Below are positions 26,471 to 38,860 of a stretch of DNA of 64,000 nt, piece by piece. Source of the DNA: Octopus bimaculoides (lineage: Eukaryota); contig NC_068981.1 in the NCBI RefSeq assembly GCF_001194135.2, positions 44,140,840 to 44,204,839 on the forward strand, given 5' to 3'. Each line of letters starts with the position of its first letter. The first letter of the stretch is position 1. Below the pieces are notes generated by a model. It was not told where the DNA came from, made no database searches, and saw nothing but the letters and a program-made list of their open reading frames with translations. Both the position numbers and the translations under genes were made by a program.

Positions 26471-26949
26471 CAGGTATATAAATACATGTATACATTCTGC
26501 TTTCACTCTAAATACAGAATTCTATTGCGTGAGGATATTCGTCTTACATATTTTATTTAGAATTGAATTTCTCCATCAATTCTATATGTATTTTTATTAT
26601 TGTTTTCTAGCAAATAATGTTTTTATACTGTTTGAAATTCAAAAAGACCTTGTGCTATCTGGTTACTTAACAATATCGTCTTGGTGTATTTCTCAAATTT
26701 CTGTATGGAAATTTAACGATTTACATAACGTAGGCTTTCTCTACTGTAATTAATCTCGTATCACAATTTTCTCGAGTAAATATATTCATTTTATTCCTTC
26801 GATTAAAACACGACATCAATAGGACTTTTTAACACTGAATCCTGAGGTGTTTAAGTATTCATTGTCAAAAACGTAAACGCGCATATTTTGATGATTACAT
26901 GCGAATATATAATAAGAATTGAATCTACTTACGGTTCATCCCAAACTTT

Positions 26950-28380
26950 TTCCATAGAGTCCATAATGATCATATGAGAATAGGCCAGTTTTTTCTCGAA
27001 ATCTTCAATGTCCGAGCACATTTCCCAGCTGAAATATATGAATGTTATAATGAATTACTAGGTGGGACGTTTAATAATTTATTATAAGTTAGTGTCATAA
27101 GTATGTGTATCAAAGAGAGAAACTGGTAACGACCCGCTAGGTTTCGGTTCTTCAAAGTTTTTAAGGCACCGAAAAGCATAGTACAGCTGTGTTCATAGTT
27201 ACACTGATTCATCTCTAGAACATGTTGTTTAATTTCCTCAATTCAAGAGGAACAACTAATCTTTAACAATTGCACTAAAATCCCATGTCTCTTGTCAATT
27301 AGGAATATTTAAATGAGCAAATATCAAATATTTTGTCTCTGATAATAATATCATTCCCTCAATTAATGAAAGACATTTGGAGCTTAGTACAAAGTGTGCT
27401 GGGAGAGACTTTGAGTATTGTCTGCTAATCTGAAAAAAACAAAACCTCTTTAATAAGATCTCCGAATGTCAATCAAGAGATTCACTCTAAAAATTCTTTC
27501 ATTTATTCTTCCATCAAATCGAGGTTAGATTCCATTTTGCAGTGATATTCTTCTTCACATTCCTGATTTTTGCATGTTATCGCATGAAGCTGGACAATTC
27601 ATAAAAATCACCCTGTCTTGTTATCTGTTATAATCTCTTACGGTAACCAAACTACCGAAAGGTTTAGTGTTTATTTTGAGATACATAAAAGTTTTCTTGA
27701 TTAAAAGCTAGTGAACTTAAGACAAATGCAAATTTTTCTTTAAATATAAATGATGATTTCATATATCTGACAAACCTCCAATATAACAGCCTCATATTTG
27801 AAACACATCAACATATGATGCATTTCCCTGACCAAAGTACTGCTTGGTAATCCTACAGCTATCTTTTTATAGATGCAACATGTCTACTAATGTCTTGTTT
27901 CTATTAGTTATTGAAAGTACAATCCTATATACTATGAACTATCGTAAAATATACCACAATAAAGTTATCTATGAATCTGCCTGATATCTTAAACTTTTTT
28001 CAACAAAATATGTCAATTATGTCGAACAACTACCACTATAAAGATCTCTCCGAAGTTTATAATTCAGTTTTAAATATTATATGCAGTAGGATCAGAAATG
28101 TTTCTGAGCAAATCTAATCTAATGAAAATACAAATAATTCTGTTATTTTCAAATATATTTGTTTCTAAATTAGCTCAAAGTTGCAGGGAAACCATAATTT
28201 GGTCTGTACACAACAAAACAAAAAATGAAGCAATATTAATCAAGTTTAATCAATTAATTAATAAGACAATGGTAATAATCTAATATACTGATGTCTATTG
28301 TGCCAAGATCCTCGATGAAATTTCTCTACAATATCACTACATTAGGTTTTTAAATATGTTTTAACTTTCCAATAAGAAGA
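26950..28380 (-). mobile_element. Possible ancient Penelope-like RT remnant
   Basis: Scattered motifs in expected order: NIFENNRI, RFIDN (cf. RYIDD), ASYVDV (cf. ASYLD), CSDIEDF. Many stops and frameshifts. Confidence 0.4.
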
Positions 28381-28659
28381 TTGTCAAATTCCATTGTACA
28401 GACAACCGATTCAGTTCTGAATATATTGGGTGAATCTGCAAATGCGAGAAAGCTCAAAATTTATCACGATGAGTTTTATATGCACATGCATGTGTGTGTT
28501 TGTTTGAAAGTGACATTTTCCTACTCCTTAAGTAAACAAAAACATACCTCATAAAGAAGTTTTCCCAAGCATGCTCCCTTGTCTTGTATTTCATGAGAAG
28601 TAATTCAGCATCCTGTTCCTTAGCAGAAAACCTAGAAAGAAAATAGTGAGAATAGAAAT

Positions 28660-28768
28660 TGTGAAAAGGATGTGATGAGAAATTGAATTCCATAGAAACA
28701 TATAATATATAGAGATATTTTAGAGAAATAGAAATATTAAAAAAAGAAAATATTCCTAAAAAATTCAA
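28660..28768 (+). repeat. Left copy of ~110-bp inverted repeat flanking the Penelope-like element
   Basis: aattgaattccatagaaacatataatatatagagatattttagagaaatagaaatatt matches the reverse complement of 30165-30274. Confidence 0.85.
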
Positions 28769-28799
28769 GTAAGTGTGTGTGTGGTGTTGGGGGGGGGGT

Positions 28800-30150
28800 T
28801 AGATTTATTTAAGATTAATAACAAAGGAGTTTCGTAATGTGTTTACATAAGAAAAACTTTTCATCTTTAGTGTTAACCAAATATCAATTCATTCTCATTA
28901 TATTGTAGCTTTCTTTCAAACATAACCAACAAATTTCAATATTGTATCTGTAAGCGGAGGAAGATAGGATTTTCCAAGAGATTGATTGATCAAAATTGTT
29001 TCTTTGGAGGTGCCAATTTTTTTCAGATAGACCTGTGCTATTCTCTTTTCTAGACTCTCTAATGGGAAATTTATGATTATTAATTCTTGATTTAATAGGT
29101 TTCGTGAAACCAACGTATATGTATTTAGAGGTATTATGATTAATAATAATTGCTTGTATACTACTTCTTTCATTTTGCAATTTCTGTTTATTTCACAAGT
29201 ATCTGGTTCTCTACAATTACAATATAAATTATTGGGTGGTACTATGGTGTCATGTCTATATTTATTAGTGATAATGGAGTTTTGCTTATTAACACAATAT
29301 CAGTTGTTAGTTATACGATTATTGGAGTTGCTAGGTATATTTAATGATGTTTTTGTTATTATAGAATAGGTCCAATTTCTTATTGTTAAAAGAAGAGTTT
29401 ATCCTAAAAAGATTTGGGGAGACTGAAAATCCAAATCTGATTTTTTTATTATTAAATATTATTTGCATATTTGGAGTTTTTACATTTTTATTAATTGTAT
29501 TTCTAATGGATGTAATACAATTAGATTTTAGATGTTTGGTAAAAGGTATTATGATTCAAGTAGTGTTATTGCTGTTTCTTTTATTGAAGTGATGGGTTGT
29601 TGGGGGGGGGGGGTCAGCTATTCTCACACGAGGTATTGGTCTTTTTTTGCTATTTTATTCCTATCTATATTAATATGACTTCTGTGGTTATATTATTGGA
29701 GGGATTAGGTGAGATGAGATTATTTTTATTTTTTATGCTTATTGATTATTATTCTTATTGTTATCTATAATAAAGCATTTATAGTGTTTGCTGTCAGTAT
29801 TCTTGGGTTTATTAATATTAGTATTAGTGCAGTTAGTAAGGCGTAAATTGCTAAAAATTATATTATTGCTTCTTTTAGTAAATGTTTGGTTATTGTGTTC
29901 ATATTGATTAAGTTTATTAGTATGTTAATTGTAGTTCTGGATTCCATGTCTATTGCTAAAGTTATGTTGATGACTATTATTGACAGTTTTTTAATATATT
30001 TGTCGGGCTGTACTAATTGATAGATGACTTAGGTTCACTAATATTATCTATGTGGTTCATATCAAGATATATTTTGTTATTATTAGTATTCCTGTCGTCG
30101 TTTATATTGTACTTAATTTCATATTTATATCCTGCTTTCTTAAGTGCTAG
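28800..30150 (-). mobile_element. Penelope-like element 3' part with GIY-YIG endonuclease, degraded
   Basis: CNCREPDTCEINRNCKMKEVVYK; KYIYVGFTKPIKSRINNHK..R...ENSTGLS...W.L....I.WKIL.....CWLCLKE; NTKDEKFFLCKH (cf. NKRSELISKCRH). Confidence 0.8.
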
Positions 30151-30164
30151 GTTATAGTAGTCTT

Positions 30165-30274
30165 TTGAAATTTAAAAAATATTTCATTTTTTAAAAATAT
30201 TTCTATTTATTTAAAATATCTCTATATATTATCTCTTTCTATTGAATTCAATTACTCACCACTTCCTCTTCACA
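30165..30274 (-). repeat. Right copy of the ~110-bp inverted repeat
   Basis: Reverse complement aattgaattcaatagaaagagataatatatagagatattttaaataaatagaaatatt. Confidence 0.85.
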
Positions 30275-30883
30275 TCTAATCAATACTATAGATTATACTT
30301 GCCCTATATTGCCTAACAAATGCTGGGTATAACGATTCTCTGGTTTACACCCCCGTTCACTTTAAACGCCAAGAGGTTAGCCAAGCTCTTCTTTCAAATA
30401 GTAGATTCTAACTTCTCACGTCAACATAAATACCGATCAATCTTTAATACATCTACCCTTAGTTTATCCTACTTCTCTCCGCCTGATATGTAACTAAGGC
30501 GAATGTTGATACTAATAGCACCACCACTAATACTAATATTGATAGCTATAATATGGAAACCATCACCACCACCACCAGACAATGGGTGAATACGAATGGA
30601 TCAAAAGACAATCAATAAAAAAATACATATAATGTATGACGTATGTCAGTATAAACAAACAATGACTGCTTACGTGTAAGAAAGGTATAGGATGATTAGG
30701 AAACATATGATGTACCCTCTCATTTTGCTTTGGAGAAATTGGACGTTTACAATTTCGTAAAAACGATTTTATGAAATCGCAATATGACAGTGAAAATAAT
30801 CTGCAAAATAAAACAAATATTCATTTCAGCGTGAGGAAGTTTTGTTAAAAATATTATTTTTATAAATAGTACAGGTGCAGCCA

Positions 30884-30945
30884 TGGACGTAAACACAAAA
30901 GCATCAGTTGTCAAGCAATGGTGGAGTGACAAATGCAGACACACA

Positions 30946-31018
<73 letters not shown>

Positions 31019-33995
31019 ACACACACACAACGGGCTTTTTTTAGTTTCCGTCTACCAAATCCACCCACAAGGATTTGGTCGGCCCGAGGCAATGGTAGAA
31101 GACACTTGCCTAAGGTGTATATATATATAAGTCCATCGTCATTTTTCTAATACTTATTTTGTTATTAATCGTTTCTTACAAAATGTCTTGCAAATAATGA
31201 ACATACTTTAAAATATATATAGTAAAATCCCATATATAGTAAATGTCCCATGAAGTAAGCATATTTATTTTTTAAGTTTTCGTTCTCTAATTTAGGCCAC
31301 TACTTAATACAGACACACACAGAAATATCTATAGATATAAAAAAATGAGTTTGAACAATTTGTGGCTCTTCTTGGATGCGTATTACTAGTCTTGTTTAAT
31401 TTTCCTATTAAATTCATGACCTGATAGTAAACTGCAGTTTCTACGGGATTATTCGTAGCGCACATGGGTGATTGAGGAATAATGCGAGGTCTTGCTCCTC
31501 TATATGGATTCGGAAGTGCTGGTTTTTGTATATTAGCTGTTCGATGGCGCTTGGTGAAAGTAAAATTAAACTGCATAATATGAATAGAAAATAGAATGCA
31601 ATAAACAGGTTAGTTCATGTGAGGTTGTATAGGATGTAAAAAAAGAGTCCCTCCGCAGAAAATATATTATTGCAGAAGGAATATTTATAAGATCGTATAA
31701 AGCTATGAAAGAATATACTAGACCTTTCAAGACTGAAAAAAAAAAAAAAAATTATAAAAGGTGTTGAAAGCGTCGTCCTTCATTTTCACCTTATTTTACT
31801 GTCATGTGAACACTAGTCTGATTTCCGTAGGACGTAGAAAATCCACTGCGGAGAGAGGTTTTGAACATGTATGACGTCAGAGTGTAAAAGGTAGAGTGAC
31901 CGAGAAATAAAGCGAATGGAGAAGATTTCGAAATACAAGTGAAGGATTGGAATAATGAAACTGTACGCATTTAAGACAAAGACATGTATGTATATGTGCC
32001 TGCATGAGTTGGATTCGTTATTTTTCTCTTTGCCTGCGTGAGATGGGAGTATTGAGGTTTGGGAGATATATTATGGTAGTGGAATAGTTTTTAACTGATA
32101 TTTCTAAATTTCGGTGCAAAAAGAAATTTGCTTGTTTCAGTCATCTGATTGCGGACACGCTGCGGCACCGCCTTTAGTCGAGCAAATCGACCCCAGGACT
32201 TATTCTTTGTAAGCCTAGTACTTATTCTATCGAATCGCTAAGTTACAAGGATGTAAACAGAAAAGCATCAGTTGTCAAGCGATAGTGGAATGACGAATGC
32301 AGACACACAAACATGCACCCCCCCCCACACACACAACGGGCTTTTTTTAGTTTCCGTCTACCAAATCCACCCACAAGGATTTGGTTGGCCCGAGGCAATG
32401 GTAGAAGACACTTGCCTAAGGTGTATATATATATATATAAGTCCATCGTCATTTTTCTAATACTCATTTAGTTATTAATCGTTTCTTACAAAATTTGTTG
32501 CAAATAATGGACATACTTTAAAATCTATATAGTAAATGTCCCATATATAGTAAATGTCCCATGAAGTAAGCATATTTATTTTTTAAGTTTTCGTTCTCTA
32601 ATTTAGGACACTACTGAGTACAGACACAAACACATACACACATACACACACACAGACATATCTATAGATATAAAAAGATGAGGTTCAACGATGTGTGGCT
32701 CTTTTTGGATGCGTATTACTAGACCTGTTTAGTTTTCCTATTAAATTCACGACGTTTCTCAGGTTTACATGACTTGAGTATGTTAAAGTATATATAACTG
32801 TATAACCATGAAATGCCTCTGCTTAAATCCTTTACTTGTAACATTCCAACTGCCTAAAATATTTTTTAATTCCTTTTTTACATTTTGTTAAATTCTTATA
32901 TTACTATTTTCTCTTCAAAATTATATTTTCGACACACACCGTGCTCTCTACATATTCTGATCGAATGTTTCCTGTATTAACATAAGACTCTTCACGACAA
33001 TATCATCTCCATTATATATACATGTACATAAGATTCATGAGAGGATAAAGCGCGAAGAGTTTGACAAGATGTGATGTAATAACCAAAGGATAAGAGCAGC
33101 AGTTATGCGACAGTAACAAATAATAATGAAATAACTGTAAAAGCTGTACACAGGTAACTATACACCGACTAAAAGAATAAGAAAAGTAATAGACTTACGT
33201 TTAAGGAGTAATTTTCACCAATGTAAAATTAACGAGACTGATGTGAGAAAATGAATGCAAAGTGAAAGTAAAATTAAACTGCGTAATATGAATAGAAAAT
33301 AGAATGCAATAAACAGGTTAGTTCATGTGAGGTTGTATAGGTTGTAAAAAAAGAGTCCCTCCGCAGAAAGTATATTATTGCAGAATGAATATGTATAAGA
33401 TGGTATAAAGCTACAATAGAATATATTAGACCTTACACACAAACACACACACACGCACACATACACACACATACACACACACACACACACACACCCACAC
33501 ACCCACACACATATATATATATATATACATGCAACAGGCTTCTTTCAATTTCCGTCTACCAAATCCACCCACAAGGATTTGGTCGGCCCGAGGCAATGGT
33601 AGTAGACACTTGCCTGAGGTGTGTATATATATATATAAATATATATATGTATATATATATATATGTTTCTAATATATATATGTTTCTAATACTTATTTAG
33701 TTATCAATCGTTTCTTACAAAATTTGTTGCAAATAATGAACATACTTTAAAATATATATAGTAAAAGTCACATATATAGTAAATGTCCCATGAAGTAAGC
33801 ATATTTATTTTTTAAATGTTCGTTCTCTAATTTAGGCCACTACTGAATAGGATGCAATAAACAGGTTAGTTCATGTGAGGTTGTATAGGTTTAAAAAAAG
33901 CGTCTCTCCGCAGAATATATATTATTACAGAATGAATATTTATAAGATGGTATAAAGCTACAAAAGAATATATTAGACCTTACAAGACTTTAAAA
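30884..33995 (+). repeat. Imperfect local triplication, order A1-B1-A2-B2-A3-B3
   Basis: A (truncated SINE plus flank) at ~30884-31420, 32243-32755 and 33530-33850. B (aataaacaggttagttcatgtgaggttgtatagg...ccgcagaa) at ~31554-31745, 33262-33440 and 33852-33995. Confidence 0.9.
32140..32425 (-). mobile_element. CORE-type SINE lacking its tRNA head (truncated at caaggtg/taaggtg)
   Basis: Minus strand reads caccttaggcaagtgtcttctac (CORE-like ccttgggcaagt) then cctcgggccaaccaaatcc...ggtagacggaaac. Confidence 0.75.
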
Positions 33996-34044
33996 AAAAA
34001 CTTTCTGAATAGTACTGCATTTTCCTTTTCCACTAATAACTTAC

Positions 34045-34099
34045 GAAGGTCCGATAGCTGCATGTGCCGATCCGTGTCTGAATGCCCGTTGCAAGCCCA
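34045..34099 (-). CDS. Internal exon, 55 nt: (D)GLATGIQTRIGTCSYRTF in the preferred phase
   Basis: Acceptor aaatcttctgcag, donor gtaagt, GC-rich island. All three frames are open, so the frame is inferred from neighbours. Confidence 0.65.
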
Positions 34100-34399
34100 C
34101 TGCAGAAGATTTAACGCAGTATACAAATTCACGAATCACCACATATTGCATAATTCTACTAAATGTTTTATCGGGTCTACTATTAATTTTAAGCCGATAT
34201 TCAGCGCATATAGATCCATTTATGTATGAGAAGCATTGCAAATCTACCTCGTATACACCATCCAACAGATAGTAAGGTACCATATAGGAGATCATGGACC
34301 ATATTAGATTCTGGATTCCTATGACAAGGTGAACCATTCATTTGGGACTATTTCTAACACAAGCCTTCTAAATGTTAATGCATAAATCACAGAACTTAC

Positions 34400-34439
34400 T
34401 CAATAAACAATACAGAGCCTTCTCTACAGTTCATAGGTT
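34400..34439 (-). CDS. Candidate exon: (E)PMNCREGSVLFI
   Basis: Strong donor GA|gtaagt at 34399; weak acceptor (alternative AG at 34424-34425). Confidence 0.4.
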
Positions 34440-35859
34440 CTATCTCACCATTAAATCCTTCCATAGATATGTGTGTGCATGTATGTGTGTATGTATTTAT
34501 GGGTATGTATATGCGTGAATGTATGTGTATGTATTTATGTATAATTATATGTGTGTATCTTACACGTGAGGTATTTTCAATTCAATAAGTTTTAGTTTTG
34601 TAGTTTTAAGTTATTATTTTCTTTATTTTAATTTTAAGTTTTAACTTATATACTTAATCCTTTATCTCGTATAACTAAGATTGCTATTAAGCTTGAAATA
34701 CAATTTTAAATATCCGTACTAACCACTATTCAATTGTCCTTCGCAACCTTTCCTAGATTGTCCTTCCGCTCGCACTTTACTAAAGCTTTAAAGCTTGACC
34801 TTTCACCCTAATGCAAGACTGACACATATTTATCATTACCTTTACTTCAATTATATTTTTATTTTTACTTTTATTTTACCCTTTTACTCCTATCTTGTTT
34901 TAAATTCTACTCCTTTCTCTTCCCGCTCTTTCTCCTCCCTCTCTCTTTCTATCGTAAAAGCCATTTACAATATCTCTATCATTACATTTATTTTTATTTC
35001 ATTTCAATGTTTTCTTCTTGTTTACCCTTTTACCCCCATTTTGTTTTTATTCCTTTCTACTCTCTCTGTTTCTGTTTTCTCTCTCTCTCCTATATACATC
35101 CGCGCACAAGACCCATCTATGACTTTTTCGTTCTATATAAACATTTACATTATGAATACCTCATTTAAAATACTGCCTTGTCTCTGATGACGGATATAAT
35201 ATATATATATATATATATATANNNNNNNNNNNNNNNNNNNNNNNNNNNNNNNNNNNNNNNNNNNNNNNNNNNNNNNNNNNNNNNNNNNNNNNNNNNNNNN
35301 NNNNNNNNNNNNNNNNNNNNNNNNNNNNNNNNNNNNNNNNNNNNNNNNNNNNNNNNNNNNNNNNNNNNNNNNNNNNNNNNNNNNNNNNNNNNNNNNNNNN
35401 NNNNNNNNNNNNNNNNNNNNNNNNNNNNNNNNNNNNNNNNNNNNNNNNNNNNNNNNNNNNNNNNNNNNNNNNNNNNNNNNNNNNNNNNNNNNNNNNNNNN
35501 NNNNNNNNNNNNNNNNNNNNNNNNNNNNNNNNNNNNNNNNNNNNNNNNNNNNNNNNNNNNNNNNNNNNNNNNNNNNNNNNNNNNNNNNNNNNNNNNNNNN
35601 NNNNNNNNNNNNNNNNNNNNNNNNNNNNNNNNNNNNNNNNNNNNNNNNNNNNNNNNNNNNNNNNNNNNNNNNNNNNNNNNNNNNNNNNNNNNNNNNNNNN
35701 NNNNNNNNNNNNNNNNNNNNNNNNNNNNNNNNNNNNNNNNNNNNNNNNNNNNNNNNNNNNNNNNNNNNNNNNNNNNNNNNNNNNNNNNNNNNNNNNNNNN
35801 NNNNNNNNNNNNNNNNNNNNNNNNNNNNNNNNNNNNNNNNNNNNNNNNNNNNNNNNNNN

Positions 35860-36060
35860 GTTTACGCTTTTCCCTCCGGTGTTTTGTTCTATGTGTGCCA
35901 TAAATATCGCCATCCGTTTTAGAGAAAAATTTGTAGTTTAGAATCAGTAGTTCTTTGACTGCTATTTCTAAATTTTCAGTATGTTGGAGAAGCAACTCAA
36001 TTGCTAATCCCTGTATATTTACGATGATAAATAGTTTTTACCGATAAAGGTTTTTTTTCA
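35860..36060 (-). mobile_element. Short Penelope-like RT fragment next to an N-gap
   Basis: SVKTIYHRKYTGLAI...ELLILNYKFFSKTDGDIYGT resembles DV.SLYT.I.H..GL.AI...LIL..NYF.F...Q.DG.AMGT. Confidence 0.4.
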
Positions 36061-36900
36061 TACTGAACTACTTGGCAAAATTGTTAATTATTAATTCTAT
36101 TATTAATTGACGATTCCCTGCCCTTATTCTTGTATATTTTATATTTGATATCTCTAAGTTAGATGGTTAAACCGTAATCCCTCCACACTTCTTTTCATAC
36201 GGGACTATTTGTGACGCACATGGAATAGATTTCTTTGTATGCATGTATATGTATGTATGCATGTATGTATAAGTATATGCATATGTGTGTATGCATGTAA
36301 GTGTGTGTATATGTATATATGCATGACTGCATGTATGTGTGTATGTATTGTCAAATCATTAAGAGCCTTAAAATTAAGAACAAATAACAACAGGATGCGG
36401 ACATGGAAAGCATTAGTTTGACGTTCAGTGAAAAGAGAAACACTTTGACGTGTTTTGCATAGGGCTTCTTAAGGAAAGAAAAAATGAAAGGATGAGAGAG
36501 AAACTACGAAAGGGGTTCCCCTTCTCCCCTTTTCGTCTTTTCTCTTTCATCTTTTCTCTAAACATTTTTCTCTCCCCTTCTCCGTTTTCTTCTTGTCTAT
36601 GTCTCTCCCTCTTCATCCTTTACTTTCTCTCGTTGCTCTTACGGGACAATTATCCATCTTGCTTTTCCTCACGTGATTATCTTTCTTTTCCTTCAGTCTG
36701 TCTCTACAGACTAAACGCATTCTTAACTGTCTCCTCTCCAATCACTTCACTTATCAAAGAATATTCCAGTTTGCTTGAAAGTTTGCCGTTCTCAAGAAAG
36801 CTCCGGAAAAATCTGCAGTGGTTTTGCCACGGCACATTTGCATGTTTTGTGGAGGATTGCTGGGAAACCATCAGCTAAGCCTTTCTATTGTAACTACCAC

Positions 36901-36994
36901 CCTGTTTGTAAGTGAGGCAGCAAAGAAATCCTCTGTTTCGTTCACTTCTCTGTGTTCCAACGGGGTAGTGTACTGAGGCCGTTTCTTTGGTACA
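36901..36994 (-). CDS. Candidate exon, 94 nt: CTKETASVHYPVGTQRSERNRGFLCCLTYKQ
   Basis: Good acceptor ggctttctttcag, weak donor gtggta. Phase 0 to 1 fills the gap between exons 46011 and 34439. Confidence 0.35.
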
Positions 36995-37100
36995 CTGAAA
37001 GAAAGCCTTTATGTTAGACATTCTGTCTTTTTTTTTTATTCTTTGTCTGCGCGTTTTTTGAATCTCTATCAGTGTTGCTTTTAGGCGAGATCTTTCACAA

Positions 37101-38390
37101 CAGGCTGCGGTGAATAAATTGTCGTCTAAAACACGCAAAAATGAAATACTGTTATCTCATTTTAACATATATATTTACCAAAATTACATTAAAAAATCTT
37201 GAAATAGTAAAGAATAAATTTATTCAATAAAATCGTCACTGGCTTCAACTACGGTTTTAGACGACTCAGGAATCTCCTGCAACTCTTCTGGACATCTTCT
37301 AGTTAAAATTGGTGAATGCTACCATAATCCTTGCATTCAGTTCATCTTCGGTGTTACGAGGAGTTTCGTTGGTCACTCGCACAACTGCACGCCATACATA
37401 ATAATCAAGGGGGTTGCTGTCTGGGAAGTATTTTCGTCCGATATTAGAGGTGATGTGGTCGCTGAAATTGTCTGACAGCCATGACTGGGTTCTCCTGCTT
37501 GTGTAGCATCGTGCAGGGTCCTGTGGCCAGCCAGAATCTTCCAGCAGCCACCCTTTCGACTCAGGGCTGCACTGCCTCCCCCAGGCACTTGATGTAGGCC
37601 TCTGTGTTGAGTCTGTAGCCGTGTGAAAAGATGAATGGAGTCATAACTTTGGAACCACTAGTGATCACTTCAAACAAAATGATGTTGACTGGATGTTTGA
37701 TTATTATCAATGTCGGTACATGTTTGGAGGACACAGCAAGTAAACGGTGTTTCTGTGTGTTCACCATCTGATCCTGGCAGAAATGTTACTTGTCACAGAA
37801 AAATCAAAACCGTATGGAGGGGATGAGTGTTTTTGTTCTCAATGTTCGTAACCATCTAGTCCTTGAATGCTTGGGATAATAATTGGCTCTTTCTTATCTT
37901 GTATGAGAAATACTGAATATCTTCATGCACTACCTGATTGATAAAAAAACTCAGACACTCCCATGTCCTTGGTGATGGCCCTGATGGACTTGAAGGTATC
38001 GTTGTCAATCATGGCATGGATCTCACCAACAAAATCAGGACTTCTTTTCTTAACAGAATGATTAGAGTGAATTTTCCGAGCTACCGTACCTTCGTAATCC
38101 CTATTAGAATTAAACTCATCCACCATTTTTCGAATCCTCTGTAATGCCCTGAGATCTACACCCAAACACTCTGAAATATTCCTATTCCAGCTTCCGGCTT
38201 GAATGCCAAGCAGAACAGCATGTCGTTTCCAAATTTCTGGCAGCGTAAATTGCGTGATGGTGCAATTGATTTCACAGAATGTACCCAACTGACCCTAGTA
38301 TATTGTGTAGTCGACAAATCAAAAAAACAAACAATGGGCTTGCGCGAAATTAAAAATATAAAATGGTGACAATTTAACCATTGCCTTCTG
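37101..38390 (-). mobile_element. Full-length but inactivated DD37D (maT/mori-type) Tc1/mariner transposon
   Basis: N-terminal HTH region (37923-38288), then F(C)DK*HFCQDQMVNTQ, VMTPFIFSHGYRLNTEAY, QDPARCYTSRRTQSWL, PDSNPLDYYVW. Degenerate TIRs caggctgcggtgaataaattgtc / cagaaggcaatggttaaattgtc; ~1.29 kb. Confidence 0.85.
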
Positions 38391-38529
38391 TATATATGTT
38401 ATATATATATATATCAGAAATGTACACATATATGCCTCTCTTAAACATGCACACTTTCATTATACATATACTTCCCTTGTACTTTGAAATCTTTTCTGGC
38501 TAAATCTTTCTTTCACTTTATACTTCTGG

Positions 38530-38860
38530 CTCTAACTTCACTTAAGGCTATACATCACACGTGATCTAAACTGTTTGCCGATTTTACATTTCAAAGAATC
38601 ACTTTTAGTAAGTTTCATATCGTTTCGGGTTTCTCTTTCTTACATCAGTTTTTTCCACATCACATTGGTAAAACTCTCCCTTGAAACGTAAGTCTGTTAT
38701 ATTTATTCTTGTATTTGGCATACAATTAACTGTGCACAGCTTTTCCTGTTTTTTAATTATTTGTTTGTGTCGCATGCGGTTACATTTATCAAATGCTCTT
38801 ACTGTTCTTACATGAAAAAAGTTGCCCAGATATTCGCCCCTTATCCTCTCATTACACACA
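38530..38860 (-). repeat. Old dispersed repeat, inverted homolog of 33040-33340
   Basis: Shared blocks in order: gagaggataa, aagctgt(g/a)cacag, agacttacgttt, ttt(t/c)accaatgt, actgatgt(a/g)agaaa, aaacag.ttag.tca.gtg. Confidence 0.6.

Noticed and set aside
34248-34318. Extra exon (IQNLIWSMISYMVPYYLLDGVYE or NPESNMVHDLLYGTLLSVG)
   Set aside because: Plausible acceptor but weak or ambiguous donors; needed only under reading option B. Left unresolved rather than called.
35862-36010. Host-gene exon GLAIELLLQHTENLEI...
   Set aside because: With the upstream codons it fits a Penelope-type RT motif series better; acceptor is mediocre.
36875-37138. ORF MRVLDDNLFTAACC... as a gene start
   Set aside because: Its 5' part is the TIR of the DD37D transposon.
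38649-38687. Plus-strand 39-nt microexon (cag...gtaagt, FFHITLVKLSLE)
   Set aside because: Lies inside the dispersed repeat 38530-38860, and its splice-like motifs derive from that repeat.
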